Notes under the pieces: generated by a model
What the model saw: only the letters and a program-made list of their open reading frames with translations
The model's database searches: none
Told to the model about the DNA's origin: nothing
Translations under genes and position numbers: made by a program
Assembly (NCBI GenBank): GCA_030390025.1
Contig: CM059431.1
Span: forward strand, 107,014,001-107,078,000
Source: Squalus acanthias
Taxonomy: Eukaryota
Length of the DNA: 64,000 nt
Reading direction: 5' to 3'
Shown here: positions 49,790-62,289 of the stretch, piece by piece
How the letters are laid out: every line of letters starts with the position of its first letter
How positions within the stretch are numbered: position 1 is the stretch's first letter

Positions 49790-51373
49790 CACTCCACGTG
49801 ATATCAAGAAACTGCAAAGGCAATGGGCCCCGAGAACATCCCGGCTATTGTGCTGAAGACTTGTGCTCCAGAACTAGCCGCGCCTCTAGCCAAGCTGTTC
49901 CAGTACAGCTACAACACTGGCATCTATCCGACAATGTGGAAAACTGCCCAGGTATGTCCTGTCCACAAAATGCAGGACAAATCCAACCCGGCCAATTACC
50001 ACCCTATCACTCTACTCTCAATCATCAGCAAAGTGATGGAAGGTGTCATCAACAGTGCTATCAAGCGGCACTTACACACCAATAACCTGCTCACTGATGC
50101 CCAGTTTGGGTTCTGCCATGACTACTCTGCTCCCGACCTCATTACAGCCTTGGTCCAAACATGGAAAAAGGAGCTGAATTCCGGAGGTGGGGTGAGAGTG
50201 ACTGCCGTTGACATCAAAGCAGCATTTGACTGAGTCTGGCATCAAGGAGCCCTAGTAAAACTGAAGTCAATGGGAATCAGGGGGAAAATGCTCCACTGGC
50301 CGGAGTCATACCTAGCACAAAGGAAGATGGTTGTGGTGGTTGAAGGTCAATCATCACAGCCCTAGGACATAGCTGCAGGAGTTCCTCAGGGCAGTGTCCT
50401 AGGCCCAACCATCTTCAGCTGCTTCATCAATGACCTTCCCTCCAACATAAGGTCAGAAATGGGGATGTTCGCTGATGAGTGCACAGTGTTCAGCACCATT
50501 CACAACTCCACAGATAATGAAGCAGTCCATGCCCGCATGCAACAAGACCTGGATGACGTTCAGGCTTGGGCTGATAAGTGGCAGGTAACATTCACGCCAC
50601 AGAAGTGCCAGGCAATGACTATCTCCAGCAAGCAAGAGTCTAACCACTTCCCCTTGACATTCAATGGCATTACCATCGCCGAATCCCCCACCATCAACAT
50701 CCTGGCGGTTACCATTAACCAGAAACTTAACTGGACCAGCCACATAAATACTGTGGCAACAAGAGCAGGTCAGAGACTGGGTATTCTGCGGCGAGTGTCT
50801 CACTTCCTGACTCCCCAAAGCCTTTCTACCATCTACAAGGCACAAGTAAGGAGTGTGATGGAATACCCTCCACTTGCCTGGATGAGTGCAGCTCCAACAG
50901 CATTCAAGAAGCTCGACACCATCCAGGACAAAGCAGCCCGCTTGATTGGCACCCCATCCACCACCTTAAACATTCGCTCCCTCCACCACCGGCGTACCGT
51001 GGCTGCAGTGTGTACCATCTACAAGATGCACTGCAGCAACTCGCCAAGGCTTCTTCGGCAGCACCTCCCAAACCCGCGATCTCATCCACCTAGAAGGACA
51101 AGGGCAGCAGGCGCATGGGAACACCACCACCTCCAAGTTCCCCTCCAATTCACACACCATCCTGACTTAGAAGTATATCGCCGATCCTTCATCGTCGCTG
51201 GGTCAAAATCCTGGAACTCCCTCCCTAACAGCACTGTGGGAGTACCTTCACCGCACGACTGCAGCGGTTCAAGAAGGCGGCTCACCACCACCTTCTCAAG
51301 GGCAACTAGGGATGGGCAATAAATGCTGGCCTTGCCAGCGACGCCCACATCCCATAAGCGAATAAAAAAAAAA
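49790..51373 (+). mobile_element. LINE family 2, 5'-truncated (RT, 3' UTR, poly-A)
   Basis: ORFs 49823-50233 and 50459-51322 (MFADECT...). Tail is of the same type as at 26270-26372. Confidence 0.92.
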
Positions 51374-52786
51374 CGAGTGACTGGAAGTTATGCCTCACTG
51401 CACCCCTGGTGCCCCAGGAGTTTGATGCCCCAGTGAGCTATTATTATTTCAGCCACTTGAGCTCGATTAAAAAAAAATGTTCCATTGTAAATATATAACC
51501 ATCAGATCACTGTTAGATTATTCACTTGTTTATTATCTGTGTCATAAATTTCTTTCATATTTTAACCTTTGAATTAGATCTGCTGTGATACTCTTTTAAG
51601 ACTGAATTCATACCTAAAATTCAGCCCCGGGGTCGGGAATCGGAGTCCCCCCCCCCAGCCCTTGTAGGGGGTGGTGGTTTGTGTCAGCTTTACCTCTGAC
51701 TTCTGAGCGGTTCGAATCGCTCCCACTCCCTTGGTTCTAGACCTTGGACTTATTTGGGGGTTGTGATACAAAGGTGCAGCAGACAACTGAGTTTGATGAA
51801 AGAACTTCAATCTTTATTAAAAGGTAAGACACAAATAATAACACTCTTAACACTCTAAAGGTGGGGAACACTTCGGTACAGGCGAGGGAAATGACAGTAG
51901 AACAATTACTTCACCCCTCCCAACCCCACTTTACTAGCTAAGTTAGGTTTTGAAGGACCAGGGATAATGCTCACCAATCCTTTGACAGTTGGGCTAAATC
52001 GCGGTTTTGGTGTTCGCTGTTTATGGCGGTTAGTGTCTGCCGTACCCCGTACGCAGTAGAGGACTTCACCTGAGTCTCTGGTCAGTCTTCGCGAGTCCGC
52101 TGATGCGGTAGGATGTCGTTTTGGATTTATCTGGTGAGTACCGAATTTCTTTGGTTTAGCAGTAGGGTTTAGAGTCTTTGGGGAAAATCTTACCCAGGGG
52201 TAAGTCAGGAGTAGTTTGTAGTGTGGAAACTTTGTGGTTCTTCGGGTTTTCTTCCCTGGAGTTGGTCTTTGTTGGTCGCGGTGGCCTGCTATTACCCGGT
52301 CAGTTGGGGGTAATATACGATTGTTGGTTTTGTGAGGCCTTTGGTTTCCGTGATGGCTTTAGGCCTTGTTTAGTGTGTCGGTCGACTTCGTGGAGCCGTC
52401 GGTGACTTGTTGCTGCTTGTTGCTCCGGGTGACTGTGTTGGGACCATTGTTGGAGGTCCGTCGAGGTGGTATCTTCACGAGCTGGACTCAGGTGTGTCTG
52501 AGTGGTGAGCGATGCCGACTCGCTTCCAGCTTGGGTTTCCTTCTTCTGATGACCACCGGTTGCGACTGACTGCTTGCTCCCAACTTTGAACTGTTGTAAC
52601 TCCTTGATGGGCCTTCAATTATACCAAATTGAAGTGGCCTTATCTACCCGCCAAATCTACTCAGTTCATTGTCTGGTTTTTGGCGGGCTCGTAAATCGGT
52701 AATGAATTACTAGCACGTTAACTGGGTTTTTAACAAATTGAGAAGTCGCACAACACCAGGTTATAGTCCAACAGCTTTATTTGAAA

Positions 52787-52823
52787 TCACAAGCTTTCGG
52801 AGCGTTGCTCCTTCGTCAGGTGA
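52787..52823 (-). ncRNA. Minimal type I hammerhead-like motif in the inverted pseudo-LTR
   Basis: Reverse complement of 54523-54559 with one loop change. Confidence 0.68.
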
Positions 52824-52992
52824 AGTGAAGAGATGCATATAGGCACAGCATATATAGTCAGAGAACAATGCCAGATGATTACAGTTAATCTTTCTAACTG
52901 CCCTTTATCACACCTCGGCAGAGAGATAATCACGGCAATCAAAGGTGTGGATGGTGTCCAAACAGGTCAGTCAGGAAAACATTACATCAAAG

Positions 52993-54190
52993 ACCAGTTT
53001 TTTACCCAAACACACGGAACAGCCATGGGGACCAAATTCGCACCCCAATACGCCAACATCTTCATGCACAAGTTCGAGGAAGACTTCTTCGCTGCACAGG
53101 CCCTCCAACCAACGCTATACACCAGATACATCAACGACATTTTCTTCCTATGGACCCACGGCGAAGAATCACTGAAAAGACTACACGATAACATCAACAA
53201 GTTCCATCCCACCATCAAACTCACCATGGACTACTCCTCAGAATCGGTTTCATTCTTGGACACACGAATCTCCATCAAAGACGGACACCTCAGCACTTCA
53301 CTCTACCGCAAGCCCACGGACAACCTCACGATGCTCCACTTCTCCAGCTTCCACCCTAACCACGTTAAAGAAGCCATCCCCTATGGACAAGCCCTGCGAA
53401 TACACAGGATCTGCTCAGATGAGGAGGAACACGATGGACACCTACAGACGCTGAAAGACGCCCTCGTAAGAACGGGATATGACGCTCGACTCGGGCCACA
53501 GCGAAAAATCGCATAGACCTCCTCAGAAGACAAACACGGGACGAAACCAGCAGAGTACCCTACGTCGTCCAGTACTTCCCCGGAGTGGAGAAACTACGCC
53601 ATGTTCTTCGCAGCCTTCAACATGTCATCGATGACGACGAACACCTCGCTAAGGCCATCCCCACGCATCTACTACTAGCCTTCAAACAGCCGCCTAACCT
53701 CAAATAGACCATCGTTCGCAGCAAATTACCCAGCTTTCAGGAGAACAGCGACCACGACACCACACAACCCTGCCACGGCAACCTCTGCAAGACATGCCAA
53801 ATCATCAACACAGATACCATCATCACACGTGAGGACAAAACCCACCAGGTACATGGTACATACTCATGTGACTCGGCCAACGTCGTCTACCTCATACGTT
53901 GCAGGAAAGGATGCCCCGGAGCATGGTGCATTGGCGAGACCATGCAGACACTGCGACAACGTATGAACGGACACCGCGCAACAATCGCCAGGCAGGAGTG
54001 TTACCTCCCAGTCGGGGAACACTTCAGCAGTCAAGGACATTCAGCCTCTGATCTTCGGGTTAGCGTTCTCCAAGGCAGCCTTCGAGACACACGACAACGC
54101 AAAATCGTCGAGCAGAAACTGATAGCCAAGTTCCGCACCCATGAGGACAGCCTCAACCGGGATCTTGGGTCATGTCACGCTACATGTAAC
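52993..54190 (+). pseudogene. PLE reverse transcriptase C-terminal half, Cys-rich linker and GIY-YIG endonuclease (disrupted)
   Basis: QTHGTAMG...RYINDIF (YIDD variant), FLD, LYRKPT, PCHGNLCKTC (Neptune-type linker), NVVYLIRC...IGET. Frameshift near 53490 and stop at about 53705. Confidence 0.92.
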
Positions 54191-54191
54191 C

Positions 54192-54230
54192 CCACCTGAC
54201 GTAGAGTCATCCAGACTCGAGTCGTCGTTG
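54192..54230 (+). ncRNA. Degenerate second hammerhead-like motif
   Basis: CTGACGT-A-GAGTC-ATCCA-GACTC-GA: stem II is intact but the core is mutated. Confidence 0.45.
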
Positions 54231-54522
54231 GCTTGTTCTCTCTACCCAGATGCGGCTGGACCTGCTGTGATTTCCAGCAAAAAAAGTTTTTTTGTTTTCC
54301 ATACAGACCCCAGCATCTGCCACATCTGACCCCTTGTGACCCCACTTCATGGTCTTTGATGTAATGTTTTCCTGACTGACCTGTTTGGACACCATCTACA
54401 CCTTTGATTGCCGTGATTATCTCTCTGCCGAGGTGTGATAAAGGGCAGTTGGAAAGATTAACTGTAATTATCTGGCAGTGTTCTCTGCCTATTTATGCTG
54501 TGCCTATATGCATCTCTTCACT

Positions 54523-54559
54523 TCACCTGACGAAGGAGCAGCGCTCCGAAAGCTTGTGA
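54523..54559 (+). ncRNA. Minimal type I hammerhead ribozyme-like motif
   Basis: TCAC-CTGACGA-A-GGAGC-AGC-GCTCC-GAA-AGCT-T-GTGA. Confidence 0.72.
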
Positions 54560-55731
54560 TTTCAAATAAAGCTATTGGACTATAACCTGGTGTTGTGCGA
54601 CTTCTCACATTTGTCAACCCCAGTCCAACACCGGCATCTCCACATCAGGGTTTTTAACAGACATTCAATCTCACCCATTGAACATGGCCTTATCTACCCG
54701 CCAAATCTACTTAGTTCATTGTCTGATTTTTGGCGGGCCTGTTACCAGTAACTGCTCTGTAAGTGTCAAATGGGTTTTGGGATGGTTTGCATCCTGTCGA
54801 TCTCCTTGGCTGATCACTGGTGATTGGTTTCGTGTTTTGGGTTTCTAGGCTGGACTCAGTCTTTTCTATAGCCTGGTCCTGAGTGATTTGTATTATGCAT
54901 GTTTTCTGATGGGCCCTATAATCGGTTTGATGGGGCCTGTTGTTTTGGGTGGGACTGTCTTCTCCCAGGGTCTATTGTCAAAATGTTAATGCCTGCTGGG
55001 GCTTGAGTAGGATCATCCCGGTTCCCCAGACAGTGCAATTAACTGCAATAACCAAAACTGCTTTTACAGAGGTCGAACCCAACTTCCTTCACACCCTTTT
55101 CTCCCTTTACAGGCCCAGACATGTTTTTAAAATGCCAATACTTGGCTTTTGGTCTTAAATTCCTTAGGTTAGGCCCAAATTCATTTTTATCACTCTGAGG
55201 TAGTTCCAAAGTCCTTCTTTCCTTAGGTTTTGGGGATCTGTAAATTTTGGAAACCTTACACTCCCCCATGGCTTGGAACCGCCCGCCCCCCCCCCCCCCC
55301 AAACCATCCTGGGCCCAGCACCTACCTGGTCCAGTGGCCACCTGGTCAGCGTTCCCCACACAACTGGAAGCCAGCCTGTCAGGCAGGCTGACTTCCGAGC
55401 GGGGCACCCACCCTTTCCGCCGCACGCACGATGTGGATTCCCGCCATCTCCTGGATCCGCCCCCCCCGCACTGTGCGGGCAGGTCCCGGGAAAACCCAGC
55501 CCAATGTAACAGTTCCTAACAGCACTGCACCAGTGCCAGCCTTGATTATGTGTTCAAGTTTTATATAGCAAGGGGCTGGAAACCACAGCTTCTGACTCCG
55601 GAAGGCAGGCATGCTGTTCTTGAATCAAGCTGTCACGCTCAGTGTCAGCTGAATTGCATGGGCTGGCAAGTAAACCAGCACACATAACTTTCACAGAAAG
55701 TATCTTCGTATTGCATACTAATGATATGTTG

Positions 55732-56155
55732 CAACAACAACAACAACTTGCATTTACTCAGCATTTTTAACATAGTAAAGCATCCCAAGGTGCAACATAG
55801 GTGCAACACAGGAGCATTATTAGACAAAATTTGACACTGAGCCACATAAGGAGATATTAGGACAGGTGACCAAAAGCTACTCCAAGAGATAGGTTTTAAG
55901 GAGCGTCTTAAAGGAGGAGAGAGGCGTAGAGAGGTGGAGAGGTTTAGGGAGGGAATTTAAGCGCTTCGGGATTAGGCAGCTGAAGGCACGGCCGCCAATG
56001 GTGGAGCGAAGGAAATCAGGGATGCGCAAGAGGCCAGAACTGGAGGAATGCGGAGTTCTCAGCGGGTTGTGGGGCTGGATAGGTTAAAGAGATTGGGGGA
56101 GGGGCGAGGCCATGGAGAGATTTGAAAACAAGGATGAGGATTTTAAAATACTGAT
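55732..56155 (-). mobile_element. L2 3' fragment
   Basis: (CAA)n tail, FKILILVFKSLHGLAP, and homology with 32918-33220. Confidence 0.85.
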
Positions 56156-56864
56156 TGTTAGTAAATAGGGATACAGTAGATATGTGCATTGCTGCCACAT
56201 GCATAGATGGATACATAGATCGAGTCCCCTTTGCCCAAAATTTTGGGGCGTGTAGCAGTGGCAGTGAATTGCTCTCTGATAGTCTGTTACTGCTATGGAG
56301 AAATAAGAAGCTGATGAAGCTCCTGAACACAGCAGAGGTAACTGGAAAAATCCTTTAGATGTTGCTCGGTTTTTCTGAGATTTCATTTTAAGTACAATGT
56401 GAGAATTGAGGTCACCTTCACTGGTACTGGTAGTGGGTAATTTATGTTAGCTTGGCACCACAGATCCTTTTTTTTTTTATCTCTTCACGCATCTCGCACA
56501 GCGTTTTGCTTATTAAATCTAAATCTTTGATAACAGTGCCTGTTGGACCAATCAATCACACTAATGTGACATCTGGAAATCCTGAGGGATGCCTTTATTA
56601 ATTTCTCCTACATTCACAAACATGTCTGAAGTACCAGCAGCCATTTTCCATCGTCACATCAGCAAAACAAAGCGATGTTGGCAGCCATTTATGCTGTGCA
56701 GTCTCATGTGCTCCATTGCGGAGAGTGTAAACGTTGAAGCAGAAATCAGAGGATTGTAAACCCTCTCTGTAGCTTGAATGACATTATGTGCTGAAGTGCT
56801 TCATTTGCCTACATGCAAAATAGATTCACACGCAGGAATAAGCTTGGTGCGCATGCTGCGTACT

Positions 56865-58099
56865 GGGGTACGGTAGCATAGTGGTAATGTTACTGGACTA
56901 TGAGTTCAAATACCACCACGGCAGCTGGGGAATTTAAATTCAGTTGATTAAATAAATCTGGAATAAAAAGCTAGGGCACGATCTTGCCAGCCCTGGAGAG
57001 GTGGGTTTGGAGGCGGGACTGCCGGGAAAATGGCAGAATCTGGGGGCGGGTGCCCGTCCCGCCCCCAACCCGCCTCCGTGCCATCTTCCCAGGAGGCGGG
57101 TAGCCGACCCACGCCGGGTCCCGTCTCCTGGAGGTGGAAAGGGGATTACAGCCACTTAACAGCCTGTTAACAGGTAGTTAGCAGGCAGTTAAGAGGATTA
57201 TCCCCATTTTTCCCACAGAGGCGCGGGCTTCCCGACATCGGGAAACCTCGCCAGGGTCACCGAGGCGAGCAGTGGGTCTGCGGGGGTCGGAGGGGTGCAA
57301 AAGTGCGCTGTGCAGGTGAGTGATGGGTGCAAGTGTGGAGAGGTGAATATGTGAGGTGAGTGGAAAGTGGTTACTTACTTTTGTTTCTTCCTGCAGGCTT
57401 CAACAGTTGGGGATGTGGAGACTCTTGCATCTCAATGGCAGAGATGACAGATGGCAGCTGCATTCTCCAATGCAACAGCCATCTAATTTCTGCTCACAAA
57501 AGAGGTTTGAGGAATCTTGAATACCAGAACTCATCAAACAACAGAGAGTGTCAGTGTTTGACAGCTTCACAAAGCTGTCTAACGATGACAATCCATCTGT
57601 CAAAAATTTTTGACAGATGAAATGTCATACGCTGACATTCTCTGTAACCGGCTTCCCCTTAATTGGCCTGCTAAGCCTGTTGGGCGGGCTTAACAAAGTC
57701 AATCAAGGGAAAATAGCGTGGGTTGGCCACAAGTCGATGGAGGCGGGACTAAAACCCGACAAGCAGCAGTCCCGCCTCCAACGTGCCCCCATTGACAAAA
57801 TCGCCCCCCAAGTATCAGTAATAGTGACCATGAAACTATCGGATTGTCGTAAAAACCCATCTGGTCCACTAATGTCCTTTCGGAAAGGAAATCTGTCGTC
57901 CTTACCCGGTCTGGCCTATATGTGACTCCAGATCCACAACAATGTGGTTGACTCTTAACTGCCCTCTGAAATGGCCTAGCAAGCCACTCAGATGTATTTA
58001 AGAAGGCGGCTGACCACCACCCTCTCGAGGGAAATTAGGGATGGGCAATAAATGCTGGCCTTTCCAGCGATGTCCACATCCCATGAATGAAAAAAAAAT
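56865..58099 (+). mobile_element. tRNA-derived SINE with a LINE-family-2 3' tail, split by a MITE at 56974-57808
   Basis: A box TAGCATAGTGG, B-box-like GAGTTCAAATAC and tail AAGAAGGCGGCT.ACCACCACC...GGGATGGGCAATAAATGCTGGCC followed by an A run. Confidence 0.8.
56974..57808 (+). mobile_element. Harbinger-type MITE (copy 1)
   Basis: Termini GGGCACGATCTTGCCA / TGACAAAATCGCCCC. Imperfect TSD CTA/CAA. Confidence 0.82.
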
Positions 58100-58265
58100 A
58101 CCAGATAAAGATGCACAATTCGAATTTAGCCCAGTATTTTATGAGCTCTGTTTATTCATAACTAATCTCTTGCAGCTTCTTTTTTTCAAAATGACATTCC
58201 AGAGCTTTGGAGCAATCTTATAATCATGAATATTGAAATCAAATTATATAATAAACAACAACCTC

Positions 58266-59071
58266 GGGCTGATTTTGCCAATGGGGAGCTTTTGGATGCG
58301 GGACTCCCACTTGTCGGGTTTCAGTCCCGCCTCCATCGACTTGTGACCAAACCATGCTATTTTCCCTTGATTGACCTTATTAAGCCCGTGCAGTGGGCTT
58401 AGCAGGCCAATTAAAGGAAAGCCGGTTACAGAGAACGTCAGTGTGTGTCGTTTCATCTGTCAAAAATTTTGACAGATGAATTGTCATCGTTTGGCAGCTC
58501 TGTGAAGCTGTCAAACACTGACATTCTATGTTGTTTGATGAGTTCTTGTATTCAAGACTCATGAAACCTCTTTCTTTAGCAGAAATTAGATGGTTGTTGC
58601 ATTGGTGAATGCAGCAGCCATCCGTCATCTCTGCCGGTGCGAAGCGAGACTCTCCGCATCCTCAACGATTGAAGCCTGCAGGAAGAAACAAAGGTAAGTA
58701 AACATTTTCTATCACTTTCCACTCACCTCACATACTTACCTCTCCACACTTGCACCCATCACTTACCTCCACAGTGCACTTTTGCACCCCTCCGACCCCC
58801 GCAGACCCACTGCTCGCCTCGCTGACCCTGGCAGGATTCGGAGCCTTCGGGAAGCCCGCACTTGTGTGGGTAAAATGGGGATAATCCTCTTATCTGCCTG
58901 TTAACTACCTGTTAACAGGCAGTTAAGTGGCTGTAATCCCCTTCCCGCCTCCAAGGAGACGGGACCCGGCACGGAGGCGGGTTGGGGGCAGGATGGGCAC
59001 CCGCCCTCAGATTCTGTCATTTTCCCGCAGTCCCGCCTCCAAACCCCCCCAGGGCTGGCAAGATCGCGCCC
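58266..59071 (-). mobile_element. Harbinger-type MITE (copy 2, inverted), TSD CTC
   Basis: Reverse-complement homolog of 56974-57808. CTC at 58263-58265 and 59072-59074. Confidence 0.85.
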
Positions 59072-59084
59072 CTCTTTTTTTTTG

Positions 59085-59570
59085 GATGTAACGTTAAACC
59101 GAGGCCCTGTCTGGTCTCTTAGGTGGACATAAAGGATCCCATGACATTATTAGTGGAAGAGTAGAATAGTTTTCCCAGTATCCTGGCCAATATCTATCCC
59201 TCAACCAACATTTTTTATATATATAATGTGCTCATCCATCTCACTACATTTTGTGGGAGCTTGCCAATGATTCTTTCCCCTTCCCTGGCCACTGTCTCAT
59301 GTTTGAACCAGAATGTTCGGAACCTCAGCATCCTATTAGATCCCAAGATGAACTTTAAACCCTATATCCTCTCTATCACAAAGGCCCCCTACTTTCCGCT
59401 CCGTAATATTGCCCATCTCCAGCCCTGCATCAGTCCACTCCCTTCACCCCACCACTGGCGACTGTGCCTTCAACCGTTTAGGCCTCTGGAAATCCCTCCC
59501 TAATCCTTTACACATGTCTCTCCTCCTTGAAGATCTTCCTTAAAATGCACCTCTTAGAACAAGCTTTTAA
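59085..59570 (+). mobile_element. Deu-SINE fragment followed by degenerate L2 fragments
   Basis: ACGTTAAACCGAGGCCC...GGATCCCATG, then VRNLSILLDPKMNFKPYI...LRNIAHLQP. Confidence 0.7.
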
Positions 59571-60089
59571 TCATTAAAAAGGAGACTGTATTAATGAGAC
59601 TTAAAGCGAGATGTGATATGCCACCATATCTTTACTCCAGAATACTTAGGGAGGCCAGTGATGAAATATCAAAGGTACTAACCAAAATTTTCCAAAATTT
59701 TCTGGAAATGGGAATTGTACTAAAGGAGTTGATGTTGTTGAGGGTAATTTTAACTTTTGCCAATATCGGATCGGCCACCCAATGTACACATCTCCTGATT
59801 TTCCTTTCCATCGCCTAAGATTAGAATGGCCCCCATTGAATATTATTGAGTGGAAGGTGTTGAATATTGCACTTCTGTGTGATAAAATAGGGAGACTTTT
59901 CCATTTTATCACATGCAATTTTGGAATAGCTAGAGTTAAAATGGAAGCTATCTTTCTTTACCAAAGTGTGAAGTGGAGGCCTGGAGACAAATTTCGATGT
60001 GCCCAAATCAAGCTGATCCATTTAAAATTAGTAAGTATGTTTTTGTCACAGTGCCATCTATCTATAGACAAGCTAGCCTCATGTCAGTA

Positions 60090-60905
60090 GGAAAGTGGAC
60101 ATTAGAGCCGTAATAATGGATAACATTAATGAGCGCTTGAGAAATATGGGACCATCAAATATAGTCAACAGGATTCGTAAAGGGCAAGTCATGCTTGACT
60201 AATCAAATTCTTCACAGAAATCATCAAGTTTATGGACAAATGGAATGCAACGGATGGGGTATATTTGTGCTTCCAAAAAAAAGCATTTGATAATGTGTCA
60301 CTTGGACACATCTACCAAAGATTAAGACCTAGGCTTTTAAAGGTAAAGTAGCAGCAAGGATAGAGGGATGCTGAAGAATAGAATAGGAGTGAGTGAATGT
60401 TTCTTGGATTGACAAGTTGTACCACCTGTTGGCATGCTCAAAAGACAAACGTTGGGTTCTCTTTTGTTTTCCACGTATAAATAAATATTTTGGATGATGG
60501 AAACACAGAGAATATCATTGACATTTGCTGACAATGTTAAATTAAGATACATGGCAACCGCGAGGAAGAATGTAGGAGACTGCAAGAAAATATACTGGCT
60601 AGGAGAGTGGAGAGCTATGTGGCATATTAAGTTCACTGTGGACAATTGTGAAGTGGTACATTTTGGAAAAAGGAACGGAGTAAAAATATACCCTAAATGG
60701 CAAGATTCTCAGAGAAGTGGCGTAATATAGAGAGCTGGGGAATAGCATTAAAAGCAAGACTGCAAGAAGGTGCTGATCAATCTGTACAAGACTTTGCTAA
60801 TGTCACAGTTGCAGTACTAGGTGCAGTTTTGAGCATCTCATTATGGAAAGAATATTAGAGCTATGAGATAGCTAAAACCTCGATTCATAGGGTGATACTA
60901 GGGGC
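60090..60905 (+). mobile_element. Highly degenerate CR1 RT relic
   Basis: Traces of [11 protein letters not shown] and KAFD, plus LTFADNVKL...W.IKFTVDNCEVVHFG in ORF 60494-60730. Confidence 0.7.
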
Positions 60906-61855
60906 GACAGGATAGAGTTGATATTTGAAAGATCATGTTTCACGGAAAGGATACCGACAGAATGGAGGTTTCCCAAAATATCAATAAAGATCACAGGAAA
61001 TCTATAATCCTATTTGATAGGGATTTGAAATATTTTTTCCACAGGAAAACTAATGAAGATTTTGCTCCTTGCAAACATAGCAGTTGTCACTTGCTTGCAC
61101 AGATGTGGACTGAAGACTTCCTGATGTGGCAGGTCTCTCGTGAGGTGCCTTAAAAAGATCAGCTCGCATGAAAGCTTCATGCTGTGGTTATCTTCACTCT
61201 TTCGGCAAGATTCAAATGTTGTATGGCAGGTTGTTCTGCAGCAAATGGCACAAGTGCGTGGCAACATCTCTTATGAAGCAGGGGGCAGCAAAGATAGGTC
61301 TCCTCCTGACATATTCACGCAAATGTGGAGGGGTCTATAAACACAAAAGTCCCAGGGTCGTGATGGGTTTGGCCAAAGCAACTCCAGGGTCATTGCACCT
61401 GCATTTTTTGATCCCTCACAAACTTCTGTTCCTCATCTCAATTATGCATTGTGTTCAAAGCCCCCAAAAGGAATCCTTATCCTCACCTCTCTGCACGGTG
61501 GACCATCAAAACCAGCAACAGCCAAGAATAAAGAAGAAAGCTATTGGCAGGGAAAAACGTACTCAGCAAAATTAACTAACACGTGGAGCAAAATGCAGCT
61601 AAAGGTACATAAAAATATTTTAAAAAGAGCAAAAAATACTTCTTGAAAAACCTACTTTCATCCCATCCCTTTCTTAAGAAGCCTATTTCAGTTGGCTTTC
61701 TGCATGTTCAGTTTTTATGGTTCAGGGCCAAGCCTCATGCTGATGTAAAATTCACATGTGACCTTGCATATTTGGTAGCACAACCTCCTTTTTTTGCCCC
61801 CAGATAAGCTGTAAGAAAATTAGGCACCTTTCGATGGTTGGGTGCCTGATTGTCC

Positions 61856-62289
61856 AACATAGGAACGTAGGAACAGGAGTAGGCCATTGAGCCCCTCGAG
61901 CCTGTTCCGCCAATCAATGAGATCATATACCCGCCTTCGCCCCATATCCATTAATACCTTTGGTTAACAAAAATCTATCAATCTCAGCTTTAAAATTAAC
62001 AATTGATCTAGAATCAATTGCCGTTTGCGGAAGAGAGTTCCAAACTTCTACCACCCTTTGTGTGTAGAAGTGTTTCCTAATTTCACTCCTGAAAGATCTG
62101 GCTCTAATTTTTAGACTATGCCCCCGTCCTAGGCTCCGCAACCAGCGGAAATAGTTTCTCTCTATCTACCCTATCTGTTCCACTTCGTATCTTGAAAACT
62201 TCGATTAAAATCGCCCCTTAACCTTCTGAATTCCAGGGAATACAACCCTAGTTTGTGCAATCTCTCCTCGTAACTTAATCCCTGGAGTC
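61856..62289 (-). mobile_element. CR1 3' end
   Basis: ORF 61923-62141, LSYEERLHKLGLYSLEFRRLRGD and the CR1 3' UTR. Confidence 0.9.

Larger units (their letters stand above)
52736..54647 (+). mobile_element. Penelope-like element (Neptune type), 5'-truncated, with an inverted pseudo-LTR
   Basis: Inverted repeat of about 258 bp at 52739-52996 / 54350-54607. Direct repeat GGGTTTTTAACA at 52724-52735 and 54648-54659. Confidence 0.92.
51663..55260 (-). mobile_element. Solo LTR (family A) containing a Penelope-like insertion
   Basis: Termini TGTAGGGGGTGGTG...AAACCTTACA. Both ends match the reverse complement of 4478-5821. Flanks CCCT and CTCC are only an imperfect TSD. Confidence 0.85.

Noticed and set aside
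52833..53516. 227-aa ORF as an intact RT gene
   Set aside because: The N-terminus comes from the inverted pseudo-LTR. The RT is 5'-truncated, has YIND instead of YIDD and is frameshifted downstream.
60935..61646. Cluster of short ORFs with an acceptor-like TTTTTTCCACAG
   Set aside because: No recognisable domain and no good downstream donor, so it cannot be supported as an exon.
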